In this document: one piece after another, positions 1-9,492 of the stretch
Numbering within the stretch: position 1 is the first letter of the stretch
Layout of the letters: the number at the start of each line of letters is the position of its first letter
From: Chiloscyllium plagiosum
Taxonomy: Eukaryota
Reading direction: 5' to 3'
Length of the DNA: 20,000 bases
NCBI RefSeq assembly: GCF_004010195.1
Contig: NC_057719.1
Coordinates: forward strand, 48,320,427-48,340,426
Notes under the pieces: model-generated
Told to the model about the DNA's origin: nothing
The model's database searches: none
Seen by the model: only the letters and a program-made list of their open reading frames with translations
Made by a program: the position numbers and the translations under genes

Positions 1-1013
1 CTTGGTACCTAGAACAGCAATGTATAGATTAGCTAAGGAGCTACACCAAAGACTAAAACTTTGTAGAAGACTCACATCACTCCATCCACTCCACCCAAGA
101 ATTCCTGAACAACATCAAAGACACCAAGATAGAAGAGGATGAAATGATGGTCTACTTTGACGTAACAGCCCTGTTCACATCCGTCAACATCAACCTGGCC
201 AAAGAAATACTGACTACACTATTAGAACCAAAGACACATACACCAAACACCACCAACTTCATCAGCAAGGACAATATCATCAAGCTAGTGGACCTATGCC
301 TTACTACCCACTTCACTTTCAATAACAAAACCTACAGACAAACCAATGGGACGCCCATGGGATATCTGCACTTAGCAGAGGCAGTAGTGTAGCAATTCAA
401 ACAAACAGCTCTGCCAACCATCCAACCCATACTTTGAGTCCGCTACGTGAATGGCACTTTTGTCATCACTAAAGAAAACGAATTAGAGGATACCTTCAAC
501 ACCATTAATAATTTCCTTACTGGCATAAAATTCACTAATGAGGAGGAAAACAACAACAAACTGCCATTCCTAGATGTCACAGTAGATCGAACAGCCAATG
601 GGGAACTTAAAACCAGTGTCTACAGGAAAACAATACATCCGGACCAAATACTGAACTACAGAAGCAATCATCCAAACACCCACAAACAAAGCTGCATTAG
701 AACATTATTTCAATGAGCCATCACACACTGCAGCATAGAGGAACTATGAAGAGCAGAGGAAAATCACGTATACAGTGTATTCAAAAAGAATGGGTACCCA
801 ATGAAAACGGTCCGCCGATTTCTCAGCACCAAACCCAAACAAGCAGACAAAATACATCCAGAAACCTTAGCCACTCTCTCCTACATCAAAGACATCTCGG
901 AAATGACTGCCAGACTACTCAGACCTCTTGGCATCATGGTAGCCCACAAACCCACCAACACACTAAAACAGCAGCTAATGAACTTGAAAGACCCCATACA
1001 GACAAAAAGCTAA
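1..1013 (+). pseudogene. PLE reverse transcriptase and thumb/linker, disrupted by stops and frameshifts
   Basis: ORFs 144-392, 447-716 and 801-1013 give YFDVTALFTSV, YRQTNGTPMG and EEENNNKLPFLDVTVDR...VYRK..H...ILNYRSNHP. The catalytic RYVDD is mutated to RYVNG (441-455). In-frame stops at 390-392, 714-716 and 1011-1013. Confidence 0.92.
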
Positions 1014-1310
1014 ACTAATGTCATTTACAAAATATCTTGCAAGAACTGTAACAAACACTACATTGGACAAACTGGCAGAAAACTAACCACCAAGATACAT
1101 GAACATCAACTAGCCACAAAAAGACATGGCGCACTATCACTAGTATCCTTACATATGGATGAGGAAGGACACCACTTCGACTGGGACAACACATTCAACT
1201 TAGGATAAGCCAGAGACACACACAAGAAATACTAGAAGCATGGCATTCCAACTGGAACTCTATCAACAAATACATCATCGTGGGCTCTGTTTATCAACCT
1301 CTGAGAAAAA
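1014..1310 (+). pseudogene. PLE GIY-YIG endonuclease domain, disrupted (absent from the ORF track)
   Basis: Manual translation past the TAA at 1011 gives TNVIYKISCKNCNKHYIGQTGRKLTTKIHEHQLATKRH...HHFDWDNT: VIY at 1020, YIG at 1059, CxxC between them. Stop at 1206, then a frameshifted ILEAWHSNWNSINKYI. Confidence 0.92.
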
Positions 1311-1413
1311 GAACAGAAAATGACATCACCACCACAAATGACATCACCAATCCAAGGAAACCTAAACACATAAATAGATAGCGGATCACTAACACCAGTG
1401 CTTCACCAGAGTC

Positions 1414-1453
1414 TCACTAATGAAGTTACCTAGTATAGTGACGAAACATCTGA
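1414..1453 (+). ncRNA. Degenerate minimal type-I hammerhead ribozyme in the PLE 3' UTR
   Basis: CUAAUGA (G5>A) at 1417-1423; stem II GUUAC(1425-29)/GUGAC(1438-42); GAAA at 1443-46; CAUC (from CGUC by CpG decay); stem I UCA(1414-16)/UGA(1451-53). Confidence 0.75.
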
Positions 1454-1529
1454 AAATGAATCTTCCAGCTGAGTGAGCAAATTTACATCCAGAACCACAA
1501 CCTAAACTACAAACTTCTCAAAACTGCTG

Positions 1530-1890
1530 AACAGACTTCTCCAGCCTTCAATCAAGTCTGTGCGCTACCTCTGGTATTTCTATCTTATGTCTCCCTGACT
1601 GTTTATTCACTTCTATCAGGTTTCTAATGGACAAGCTTAAAGGCTTGTCATCTGCGTGGACTCAGTAGGTGTTGGTCACTAGCAATCATTTGAATATCAA
1701 AGGCCTCGGTTATCATACATTTCATCAACTGTGGACACGTGTCTGCATTGAGCTTATCAGGCTGTGACTCTTCAGCTAACCTACAGTGACTACCCATCGA
1801 GCTGAATATCATTACGGTTGACAGTACAGGCATCCTCAGCTGTGCTGGTGGTGGCAAAAAATGGAATAAATTCGTTTAGCCTTTTTTTCA
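1530..1890 (-). mobile_element. Possible very old CR1-like LINE fragment
   Basis: Minus-strand translation has DKLNADTCP, weakly like CR1 KLKVDKSPGPD. No clean RT motifs. Confidence 0.25.
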
Positions 1891-2752
1891 TGGTCTCCAT
1901 TCCCAAACCAGCAGTAAAGAACAAAACCAATTAGCTCATGGTTAAAAAAAATGCCTTTGCCCACCAACTTTTCTTGTATTATGTCACAGCACAAGACTGG
2001 AGGTATCCTCTTGGGACATTATGGATACGTGAGCCTCTCCATTCTATGCACTCTTGGCCACGGTCTTCCCTCATCACTTCCTCAGTTGGAGTGAGGAGTC
2101 TGAGATTAGAGAACTGTCCTCCAGTTTTCTCTCTCTCATTGATTGAGTTCCTTTGTCTTGCACAAAAACAGAAGGGTTTAGTGTTAGACAGAAGAGTCTA
2201 TCATTGATAAATGAGCATGCATTTTATGACATGCGACCTCCTATTCCTACCCTAGTAAGTGATCCACACATACATACTGTTCTGCAGCTGGTTACATTGC
2301 AGAGCATTAAATGGCCTTCAGATTCAATCCACTTTTCCCATCTGATGCACATGTCCACAACCTTAGATCCTGTCTTCCACATCTCTGCACTTGCATGTCC
2401 ACATTGATTGTTACCCTATGGCTGCCAACTTGTTGTCCAGATAATTTACCTTATTCTTTACCTTATCCTCACCCAGGTTCTTCAGTGGGCCTTCTTTTAA
2501 TCCTGCGACCAAACACAATGCAAGATTCTGCTTCTGCAATATAATGATGGTACAATAGATGTTTTATCGCACAGAAGTAATTTTTGCTCAGGTACTTTAT
2601 GCTGACAGGTCAATTAATTGATATCATGTAACATTTACTGACCTTCCTTAGTGGCAGCAAGAGACCCTGAGTTAATTAAATAAACCATTTAAGTGGTGGT
2701 GATCTGTATATGGAGAAAGCAACGATTACCGTCTGTTCTCACTTAGGTTTAT

Positions 2753-2787
2753 GATTAGATTATGTTAGATTACTTACAGTGTGGAAA
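2753..2787 (-). mobile_element. Tiny HE1/HER1-type 3' tail fragment
   Basis: Reverse complement TTTCCACACTGTAAGTAATCTAACATAATCTAATC matches the tail at 12043-12073. Confidence 0.65.
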
Positions 2788-2797
2788 TAATTATGCA

Positions 2798-3185
2798 TTT
2801 CCTGGGATGGCAGGGTTGGATTGGCTAGGACTGGAGTTCACTGGAGTTCAGAAGAATGAAGGGGATTGCATATAAACCTATGAAATTCTAAAAGCGCTAG
2901 ACAGAGTAAACATTGGAAGGATGTTCCTGATGACTGGAGTCCAGAATCAGGGGCCACCATTTGAAGAAATAGGATAGGCCATTTAGAAGTGAGGTGACGT
3001 CTTCTCGGCACTGCAAGTGTTTAAGGCCAAAACATTAAACATTTTCAAGAAGGAATTAGGTATAGTTCTTAGGAATACAGGGATCAATGGATATTGGGAG
3101 AAAACAACAACAGCCATGATCAGTTGCATGGTGGAACAGACTTGAAGGGCCAAATGCTCTACTCCTGCTTCTGTCTATGTTTTTA
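2798..3185 (+). mobile_element. CR1 LINE 3' end, 5'-truncated and degenerate
   Basis: Homologous to 4408-4975 (CTGGAGTTCAGAAGAATGAAGGGGAT; CAGCCATGATC; GAAGGGCCAAATG..CTACTCCTGCT; TCTATGTTT tail). Confidence 0.85.
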
Positions 3186-3424
3186 TACTATCAGACAAAA
3201 CAGGATATCTCTAAACACAGACTATCCCCATAAATAGGTACAGCCAATAGACAACTAGATAATCCTTTCATGGCTAATTTTGTCTCTCTTTCATGTACAA
3301 AAAAGCCCTCCATTCTAGCCTACAGGCATATTGAAGAGGAACTATCTGTGTGTAGAAAGAGAAAAATAGCACCCATATGTCACCATGATGGTGTCTGATA
3401 CAGATGATTTAGTGAGAAGACAGT

Positions 3425-3823
3425 ATGACTATAAGACGTGTAGCTTGTTAAGTCTACTCCACATTCATTGAGATCATGGCTGATCTGATAACTCTCAACT
3501 CCATTCTCCTGCCGTTTCCCCATAACTCTTGATTCCTTTATGGATTTAAAATCTCAATTTCAGCCTTGAATATACATAATGATCTATAGCTCTGTATAGG
3601 AAAGAATTCCACAGATTATGCCCTCTGGTCCAAGACTCTTCTGCAAGGGGAAACAACCTTTCTGCATCTACCCTGACAAGTCCCCAAAGAATCTTGTATG
3701 TTTCAGGAGGGTTGCTTCTCATTCTTCTAAATTTCAATGAGTATAGGGCCAACCTACTCAAGCTTTCTTCATAAGATAGCCCATACATATCTGGTATTAG
3801 CTTGGTGAACCTACTCTGGACCA
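3425..3823 (-). mobile_element. CR1 LINE (minus strand), 3' segment; continues at ~4976
   Basis: ORF 3546-3824 VQSRFTKLIPDMYGLSYEESLSRLALYSLKFRRMR..ETYKIL is the CR1 ORF2 C-terminus; CR1 3' UTR at 3430-3545. Confidence 0.9.
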
Positions 3824-4457
3824 CTACCTCTCTCGGAATGGCAGGCAGTGACCAGTGGGGTACCGCAGGGATCAGTACTGGGAACGCAGCTTTTTACAAT
3901 ATATGTTAATTATATAGAAGACGGTATGAGCAATAACATTAGCAAATTTGCTGATGATACTAAGCTGGGTGGCAAGGTGAAATGTGATGAGGATGTTAGG
4001 AGATTACAGGGTGACCTGGACAAGTTAGGTGAGTGGTCAGATGCATGGCAGATGCAGTTTAATGTGGATAAATGTATGGTTATCCACTTTGGTGGCAAGA
4101 ACAGGAAGGCAGATTACTACCTAAATGGAATCAATTTAGGTAAAAGAGCAGTACAGAGAACTCTGGGTATTCTTGTACACCAGTCAATGAAGGTAAGCAT
4201 GCAGGTACAGCAGGTAGTGAAGAAGGCTAATAGCATGCTGGCCTTCATAACAAGAGGGATTGAGTACAGAAGCAAAGAGGTTCTTCTGCAGCTGTACAGG
4301 GCCCTGGTGAGACCACACCTGGAGTACTGCATGCAGTTCTGGTCTCCAAATTTGAGGAAAGACATTCTGGCTATTGAGGGAGTGCAGCGTAGGTTCACGA
4401 GGTCAATTCCTGGAATGGCGGGATTACTTTACGCTGAAAGGCTGGAGCGACTGGGCT

Positions 4458-4490
4458 TCCTGATGAAGGGCTTTTGCCCGAAACGTCGAT
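4458..4490 (+). ncRNA. Minimal type-I hammerhead ribozyme with intact catalytic core
   Basis: CUGAUGA at 4460-66, A, stem II GGGC/UUUU/GCCC at 4468-79, GAAA at 4480-83, palindromic ACGU stem III, GUC cleavage triplet ending at 4487. Stem I is only 2 bp in this copy (UC/GA). Confidence 0.85.
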
Positions 4491-4584
4491 TTCGAAGCTC
4501 CTTGGATGCTGCCTGAACTGCTCTGCTCTTCCAGCACCACTAATCCAGAATCTGGTTGCCAGCATCTGCCGTCATTGTTTTTAC
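4459..4584 (+). mobile_element. Short non-autonomous hammerhead-bearing element, family A
   Basis: Splits the CR1 sequence between ...CTGGGCTT and (A)CTCTTGAGTTTAGAAG; homologous to 5106-5237, 16406-16622 and 16769-16878. Confidence 0.88.
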
Positions 4585-5105
4585 TCTTGAGTTTAGAAGA
4601 CTGAGAGGGGATTTGATTGAGACATATAAGATTATTAAAGGATTGGACACTCTGGCGGCAGGAAACATGTTTTCGCTGATGGGTGAGTGCCGAACCAGAA
4701 GACACAGCTTAAAAATACGGGGTAGACCATTTAGGACAGAAATGAGGAGAAACTTCTTCACTCAGAGAGTGGTGGCTGTGTGGAATGCTCTGCCCAGTCT
4801 CTGGATTCATTTAAGAAAGAGTTGGATAGACCTCTCAAGTATAGTGGAATCAAGGGTTATGGAGATAAGGCAGGAACAGGATACTCATTAAGGATGATCA
4901 GCCATGATCATATTGAATGGTGGTGCAGGCTGAAAGGGCAGAATGGCCTACTCATGCACTTATTGTCTATTGTCCTTTGATAAGGGACCCAAACTATTTA
5001 TAGTACTCCAGCTTGGTTTGACTAGTGCCTAGTATAGTTTCAGCAAAATCTCCCTACTTTAATGCTCTGTTCCCTTTTCAGTAAAGTCAACATTCCATTT
5101 ACTTT

Positions 5106-5237
5106 AGGCAAAAGTGGATACTGCAGATACTGGAGATTAGAGTCAAGATTAAATGGCGCTGGAAAAGCACACCAGGTCAGACAGCATCCAAGGAACAGGA
5201 AAATCGACATTTCAGGCAAAAACTCTTCATCAGGAAT
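5106..5237 (-). mobile_element. Family A hammerhead-bearing element with possible 5-6 bp TSD
   Basis: Reverse complement: ATTC-CTGATGA-A-GAGT-TTTT-GCCT-GAAA-TGTC-GATTTTCCTG..GGATGCTGTCTGACCTG..TCTCCAGTATCTGCAGT. TACTTT flanks at 5100-5105 and 5237-5242. Confidence 0.85.
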
Positions 5238-6102
5238 ACTTTCCCTATTACCTGCCTAATTGGATGCTAGCTTTTTGTGATTCATGGGCAAGAACTTCCA
5301 AATCTGTTATGTAGCTTTCTGCAGTCTTTCACTATTTAAATAATATTCAGTTCCTTTATTCTTCCTGCCAAAGTGTAAAACCTCAATTTTCCCTGCATTA
5401 TATTCTATCTGCCAAGATTTTGCCTAGTGCATAACCTGTCTATATCCCTCCACAGACTCTTTGTGTCATTCACGCCACTTATGTTCCCATCTTTTTTTTT
5501 GTTATCTGTAAATTTGGCTATAATACATTCACTTTCCTCATCCAAGTTGTAATATATATTGTAAATAATTGTGGCCCAAGCACTGATCCCTGTGGCACTC
5601 CACTAGTTTCAGGTGAAAATGATCCCCTTATCCCAACTCTCTATCTTCTCTTAGTTAGCCAATTCTTTATCCATGCTAACATACTGCCTCAAGCATCACA
5701 AGCTCTTATTAAGTAGCCTATTGTGTGTTAACTTATCAAACACTTTCTGAAAATCCAAACAAATTACATCCACTGCTTCATCTTTATCTATCTTATTTGT
5801 TACCTCCTGAAAGAATTCTAGTAAATTTGTAAGACAGAATTTTCCCTTCATGAAGTCATGCTGACTCTGCTCGATCATATTATGCATTTTTAAATATTCA
5901 GCTATTATATCCTTTATAATAGACATTAAGCTAACTGGCCTATAGTTACCTGTTTTTGTTGTCTCCTTCACTTTTTAACATAAAGTTGATAAATTGGCAG
6001 TTTTCCAATCCTCTGGGACTTTTCCAGAATCTAAGGATTTCTGGAAGATTATTACCATTGCATTTACTCTCTATCACTACTTCCTTTAATGTCTTAGTTT
6101 GC

Positions 6103-6583
6103 CTGAATCCCGTTTGCTTGGATTGGTACAGCTCCAACAACACTAAAGAAGCTTGATGCTATTCAGGCCAAAGCACTGGTGTGATTGGCACCAAATCCAC
6201 AAGCAAATACTCCTTTTACCACCAAGGCTCAGTTGTAACATTGTGTATTATCTACAAGATATCTGCAGAAATTTACCAAAGATCCTCAGATTGCACCTTC
6301 CAAACCCACAACTCCTTCCATCTGGAAGGACAAGGGTAACAGATACGTCGGAACACCATCACCTACACATTCTCCTCCAAGCCACTCAGCCACTGAGTTC
6401 CTTCACTGTCGCTGGGTGAAAATCTTGAAATTCCCTTTCTAAGGGCATTGTGGGTCAACCTACAGCATATGGACTGCAGCAGTTCAAGAAGGCAGCTCAC
6501 TACCACCTTCTCATGTGCAACTAGGGACTGGCTATAAATGTTGGACAACCAGCAATACTCATGTCCCACAAGTAAATAAAAAA
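6103..6583 (+). mobile_element. 3' end of a distinct non-LTR LINE (CR1/L2 group, family uncertain) nested in the CR1
   Basis: Decayed C-terminal coding region (APTTLKKLDAIQAKA), TTCAAGAAGGCAGCTCACTACCACCTTCTC, and a TAAATAAAAAA terminus. The host CR1 resumes at 6584. Confidence 0.75.
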
Positions 6584-7361
6584 TCTGCATCCATCAGGTC
6601 TAGTGGACTTCTTTAGCCCAATTAGTTTTGTGAGCTCTTTTTCTCTAGTGATAGTTGTGGCACTTATTTCCTCTCCTTTTGCCCCTTGATACTTTAATAA
6701 TTTTGGAATGCTAATAACGTCTTCTAATGTGAATGCTGATGGAACTCCTCTGCCATGTACTAATTTCCCAGCCTCAGTCTCTTAGGGGTCTATGTTCACT
6801 TTGGCTTCTCTCTTCCTTTCTACATATTTAAAGCTCTTGCAGTCGGTCTTGATATTACTTACAAGTTTCCCTTTAATGTTTATCTTCTCCCCTTTTATTA
6901 GCTTTTGGTCATCCTTTGTTGGATTCTAACACTTTTCCAATCCTCTGGCTTACCACTAATCTTTGCCAATTTGCCATTGTATGTTTTTCTTTCAATTTGA
7001 TACTATCCATGTTTTTCTGAGTTTGGTGTGAATTGTGTCATTACTTCTTAGTTTTCTAAACACCAAGAAAATGGATTTTACAAAAGCCATTTGCGTTAAC
7101 ATTGTACCTATATTTCTAAGACTTCTGAAATGTTTTTTTCAGATCACTATCTTTCTTCATAGTTACTGTATTTTTTTCTGTGTAGGAGGAATGTGTGCAA
7201 TTTACCAATTTTGGTGCTTGAAAATTGCTATCAGTGACACTTATGGTGGTTGGGGATAAATCTAAGAGAATGAAGGTGTGAAAGATCTATGATAATTATG
7301 TTATGGGAGGGATGAGAGACGTGGGGGAGAGAGCATTTGGGAAGGGGTGAAAGATCTTGGA

Positions 7362-7398
7362 TTGTAGGGTTGGTGTAGGGTTGTAGGGTTGGTGTAGG
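7362..7398. repeat. Tandem duplication of the 19-mer TTGTAGGGTTGGTGTAGGG
   Basis: Copies at 7362-7380 and 7381-7398; the first 18 nt are identical. Confidence 0.85.
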
Positions 7399-7891
7399 TG
7401 ACAAGTTGATAGACCGCTAAGAGTAGAGGAGATGCGAAAATGAGTTATTCTATAGTTTTTTTTTTGAGTAAAAAACACTTACCTTTCCACTGGATTTTGC
7501 AAAACAGAAATCAAGACTCAAAGGTGAAGCAATTAGGTAATGCCCATTATTAAAAAAAGCTGTGGTGGAGCAGTTGTTAGCGTTATGTTACAGCTCCAAG
7601 GGAGATATTGTAGCAGGACTCCAAAATCTCAGTTGGAGGCCTCACAGTTTGGGAAGTCTTGCTTTAGGATGAATGTGATTCATTGAACTTATTAGGAAGC
7701 ATGAAGCTCATTATTCAGTCTGGTTCAGTGCGAGAACAAATCATTTCTTGATGACCTGGACCTTTTGCATCATATTTCTAAAACATTGATTAAAGCAGTT
7801 AATAAGCCATTACTAAAATCAAGCCTCTGCTTGAACAATTTGTGTCTTCTGTTTTTGACTGTATGGTATATAGAATTACATCATATACTTA

Positions 7892-8082
7892 TGATTTGGA
7901 GTTGCCGGTGTTGGACTGGGGTGTACAAAGTTAAAAATCACACACCACCAGGTTATAGTCCAACAGGTTTAATTGGAAGCACTAGCTTTTGGAGTGCTGC
8001 CTGATGAAGGAGTAGCGCTTTGAAAGCTAGTGCTTCCAATTAAACCTGTTGGACTATAACCTGGTGTTGTGTGATTTTTAAC
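7892..8082. mobile_element. Family B hammerhead-bearing element in inverted (palindromic) configuration with ~14 bp TSD
   Basis: Arms 7930-8000 and 8012-8082 are near-perfect reverse complements, and the left arm extends further to 7892. Flanks ACATCATATACTTA (7878-91) and ACATTATATATTTA (8081-94) match 12/14. Confidence 0.88.
8000..8032 (+). ncRNA. Minimal hammerhead ribozyme, family B
   Basis: CUGAUGA at 8001-07, A, stem II GGAGU/AGC/GCUUU (wobble-decayed), GAAA at 8022-25, palindromic AGCU stem III, CUA triplet ending at 8029. Confidence 0.8.
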
Positions 8083-8149
8083 ATTATATATTTAAGTCAC
8101 ATGAATAGAGCTATTATGTGTCACATGATGTTTATGCGATACAAGGGCT

Positions 8150-8525
8150 CCCCACTATCTTACTTCATTTCACCTTATGAACATCTATGTTAATCACTTC
8201 AGCCACTCTATTTCTAAATTATACATTCTGATCACTCAGTGAAGAAGTTCCTCTTTAATTCCTTATTTGACTTATTAATGACAATCTTACACTTAGGGTA
8301 CCTATTTTCAGATGCCCACAAGTGAAAACATATCTGTCTAACATATTGATCCCTTTCAAACTTCAAAGACCTATTATATAACCACTCAGTTTTCTCTTTT
8401 TTATAGAACAAAGAACTCCAGCATGTTTAATCTTTACTGATGGTTGTGTCTACTTAATTGTAGATTCATTGTTAAACCTTTTCTCCAGTGCTTCTATATC
8501 CTTTCTTTAATAGGTAAACCAGTGT
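8150..8525 (-). mobile_element. Old CR1 LINE 3' fragment
   Basis: Similar to the reverse CR1 3' region (TCACTCAGTGAAGAAGTTCCTC; CCCACAAGTGAAAACAT; CCACTCAGTTTTCTC..AGAACTCCAGCATGTTTAATCTTT). Boundaries approximate. Confidence 0.7.
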
Positions 8526-9055
8526 CGAAGATTTTTTTGCTCTGACAAAACAGTAAATCAGTTTAACCCTTAACATGTTAAAGTGTTGCGCTTTAAAAAT
8601 TAACTGAACATTTTAAAAGCAAGAAGATAGTCATGATTGAATAATTTATCACATTCTTTTCTGTGTTTTATTTGTACCACATTATCCACTTCATTGTCAG
8701 GGTCATTTTAACACAGAAGAAATATTGACGAATCTGCTTTTTTCCCTGTAATGGTTTTGTTGTGAAATCAAACTGTTGGCCTGCTCTCAGGTTTTTGTTA
8801 GAGAATGAAAGGGACTTCATATTGCTTTTAATATTGCTTTTCATATTGTTGATGGGGTATCAACATGAGAGACAGATTGTTGACTTATTTAAATTGATCT
8901 CTTTGTATCAAGGCATGATATTCATTTGGTAGCATGAAGATCAAATCTACATCTTGTTATTTTGTGGTTTAATGTTTTGAAGTTCCAAATGCCACAAATG
9001 ACAGAGTAGTCATTTTATTTGTGACATATTGACATTGAGTTGCAAAGACACATTG

Positions 9056-9120
9056 GATTCAAAATGTTTTCTTTCTTGCTCCCTTCAAAGATGCTGCCAG
9101 ACCTGTTGTGCTCTTCACTT
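9056..9120 (+). mobile_element. Highly decayed fragment of a hammerhead-element family (3' half of core + conserved box)
   Basis: GGATTCAAAATGTT...GATGCTGCCAGACCTGTTGTG resembles GGACTCAAAATGTT...GATTCTGCCAGACTTG starting at 13600. Confidence 0.55.
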
Positions 9121-9197
9121 TCTGCTAGTATTACACATTGACTAGGATGTTCACACTGACAAACGGATACTAGACCTTGCGAGGAATTTCACATCCG

Positions 9198-9492
9198 GAA
9201 TCATAGAATCCCTACAGTGTGGAAACAGGCCATTTGGCCCAACAAGTCCACACCGACCCTCTGAAGAGTATCCCAACCAGACCCATTCCCCTACCCCATT
9301 GCTCTACATTTCCCCTGACTAATGCACCTAATCTATACATCCCTGAACACTATGGGCAATTTAGCATGGGCAATCTACCTAACCTGAACATCTTTGGACA
9401 GTGGGAGGAAACCCATCCAGACACAGGGAGAATGTGCAAAATGAACCCGGGTCCCTGGTGCTGTGAGGCAGCAGTGCTAACCACTGAGCCAC
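9198..9492 (-). mobile_element. HE1-like tRNA-derived SINE (V-SINE superfamily)
   Basis: Reverse complement starts GTGGCTCAGTGGTTAGCACTGCTGCCTCACAGC (A box) and GGGTTCA (B box, clipped by a deletion). V-domain-like CCAAAGATGTTCAGGTTAGGTAGATTGCCCATGCTAAATTGCCC follows, then a CR1/HER1-type tail CCTGTTTCCACACTGTAGGGATTCTATGATTC. Confidence 0.92.

Larger units (their letters stand above)
1..1525 (+). mobile_element. Penelope-like retroelement (PLE), decayed; runs off the 5' edge of the window; includes 3' UTR/pseudo-LTR with hammerhead motif
   Basis: RT motifs followed by a C-terminal GIY-YIG endonuclease, the diagnostic PLE domain order; A/C-rich 3' UTR with a hammerhead-like core at 1417-1450. 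The 3' boundary is approximate. Confidence 0.93.
3824..4975 (+). mobile_element. Younger CR1 LINE (5'-truncated RT region + 3' UTR) nested in the minus-strand CR1 and itself interrupted at ~4459-4584
   Basis: ORF 3848: GVPQGSVLG, KFADDTKL, WQMQFNVDKC, LVRPHLEYC. Resumes after the insert as TLEFRRLRGDLIETYKI...RRNFFTQRVVAVWNALP. Ends in a CTATTGT-type tail near 4975. Confidence 0.95.
4976..7010 (-). mobile_element. CR1 LINE (minus strand) body, continuation of 3425-3823; interrupted at 5106-5237 and ~6103-6583
   Basis: ORF 5696-5971: NYRPVSL...QSQHDFMKGKFCLTNLLEFF..VDVICLDFQKVFDK. Reverse complement of 5577-5602 encodes the GVPQGSVLGP motif. Frameshifted throughout. Confidence 0.92.

Noticed and set aside
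713..1018. 101-aa ORF overlapping the PLE
   Set aside because: Alternative frame of the Penelope ORF in T-poor sequence.
2926..2945. CTGATGA hammerhead-like heptamer
   Set aside because: Part of CR1 coding sequence (ATGTTCCYGATG); no stem II or GAAA follows.
3910..4761. Minus-strand ORFs 3910-4098, 4117-4398, 4424-4705 and 4540-4761
   Set aside because: Antisense shadows of the CR1 RT sequence.
7930..8082. Interpretation as a pre-miRNA or a classical MITE
   Set aside because: Asymmetric arms, long TSD and central hammerhead core fit a PLE-type inversion better.
8755..8815. Faint Deu-domain-like sequence (AAACTGTTGGCCTGCTCTCAGGT)
   Set aside because: Too short and divergent to support.
8819..8850. 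Short tandem duplications (ATATTGCTTTT x2; also AAGTTATT x3 at 12251-12281 and AAATGACATCACCA x2 at 1318-1349)
   Set aside because: Ordinary slippage duplications with no CRISPR-like or array organisation.
9440..9492. tRNA-like sequence on the minus strand
   Set aside because: It is the HE1 SINE head; the B box is clipped and there is no complete cloverleaf.
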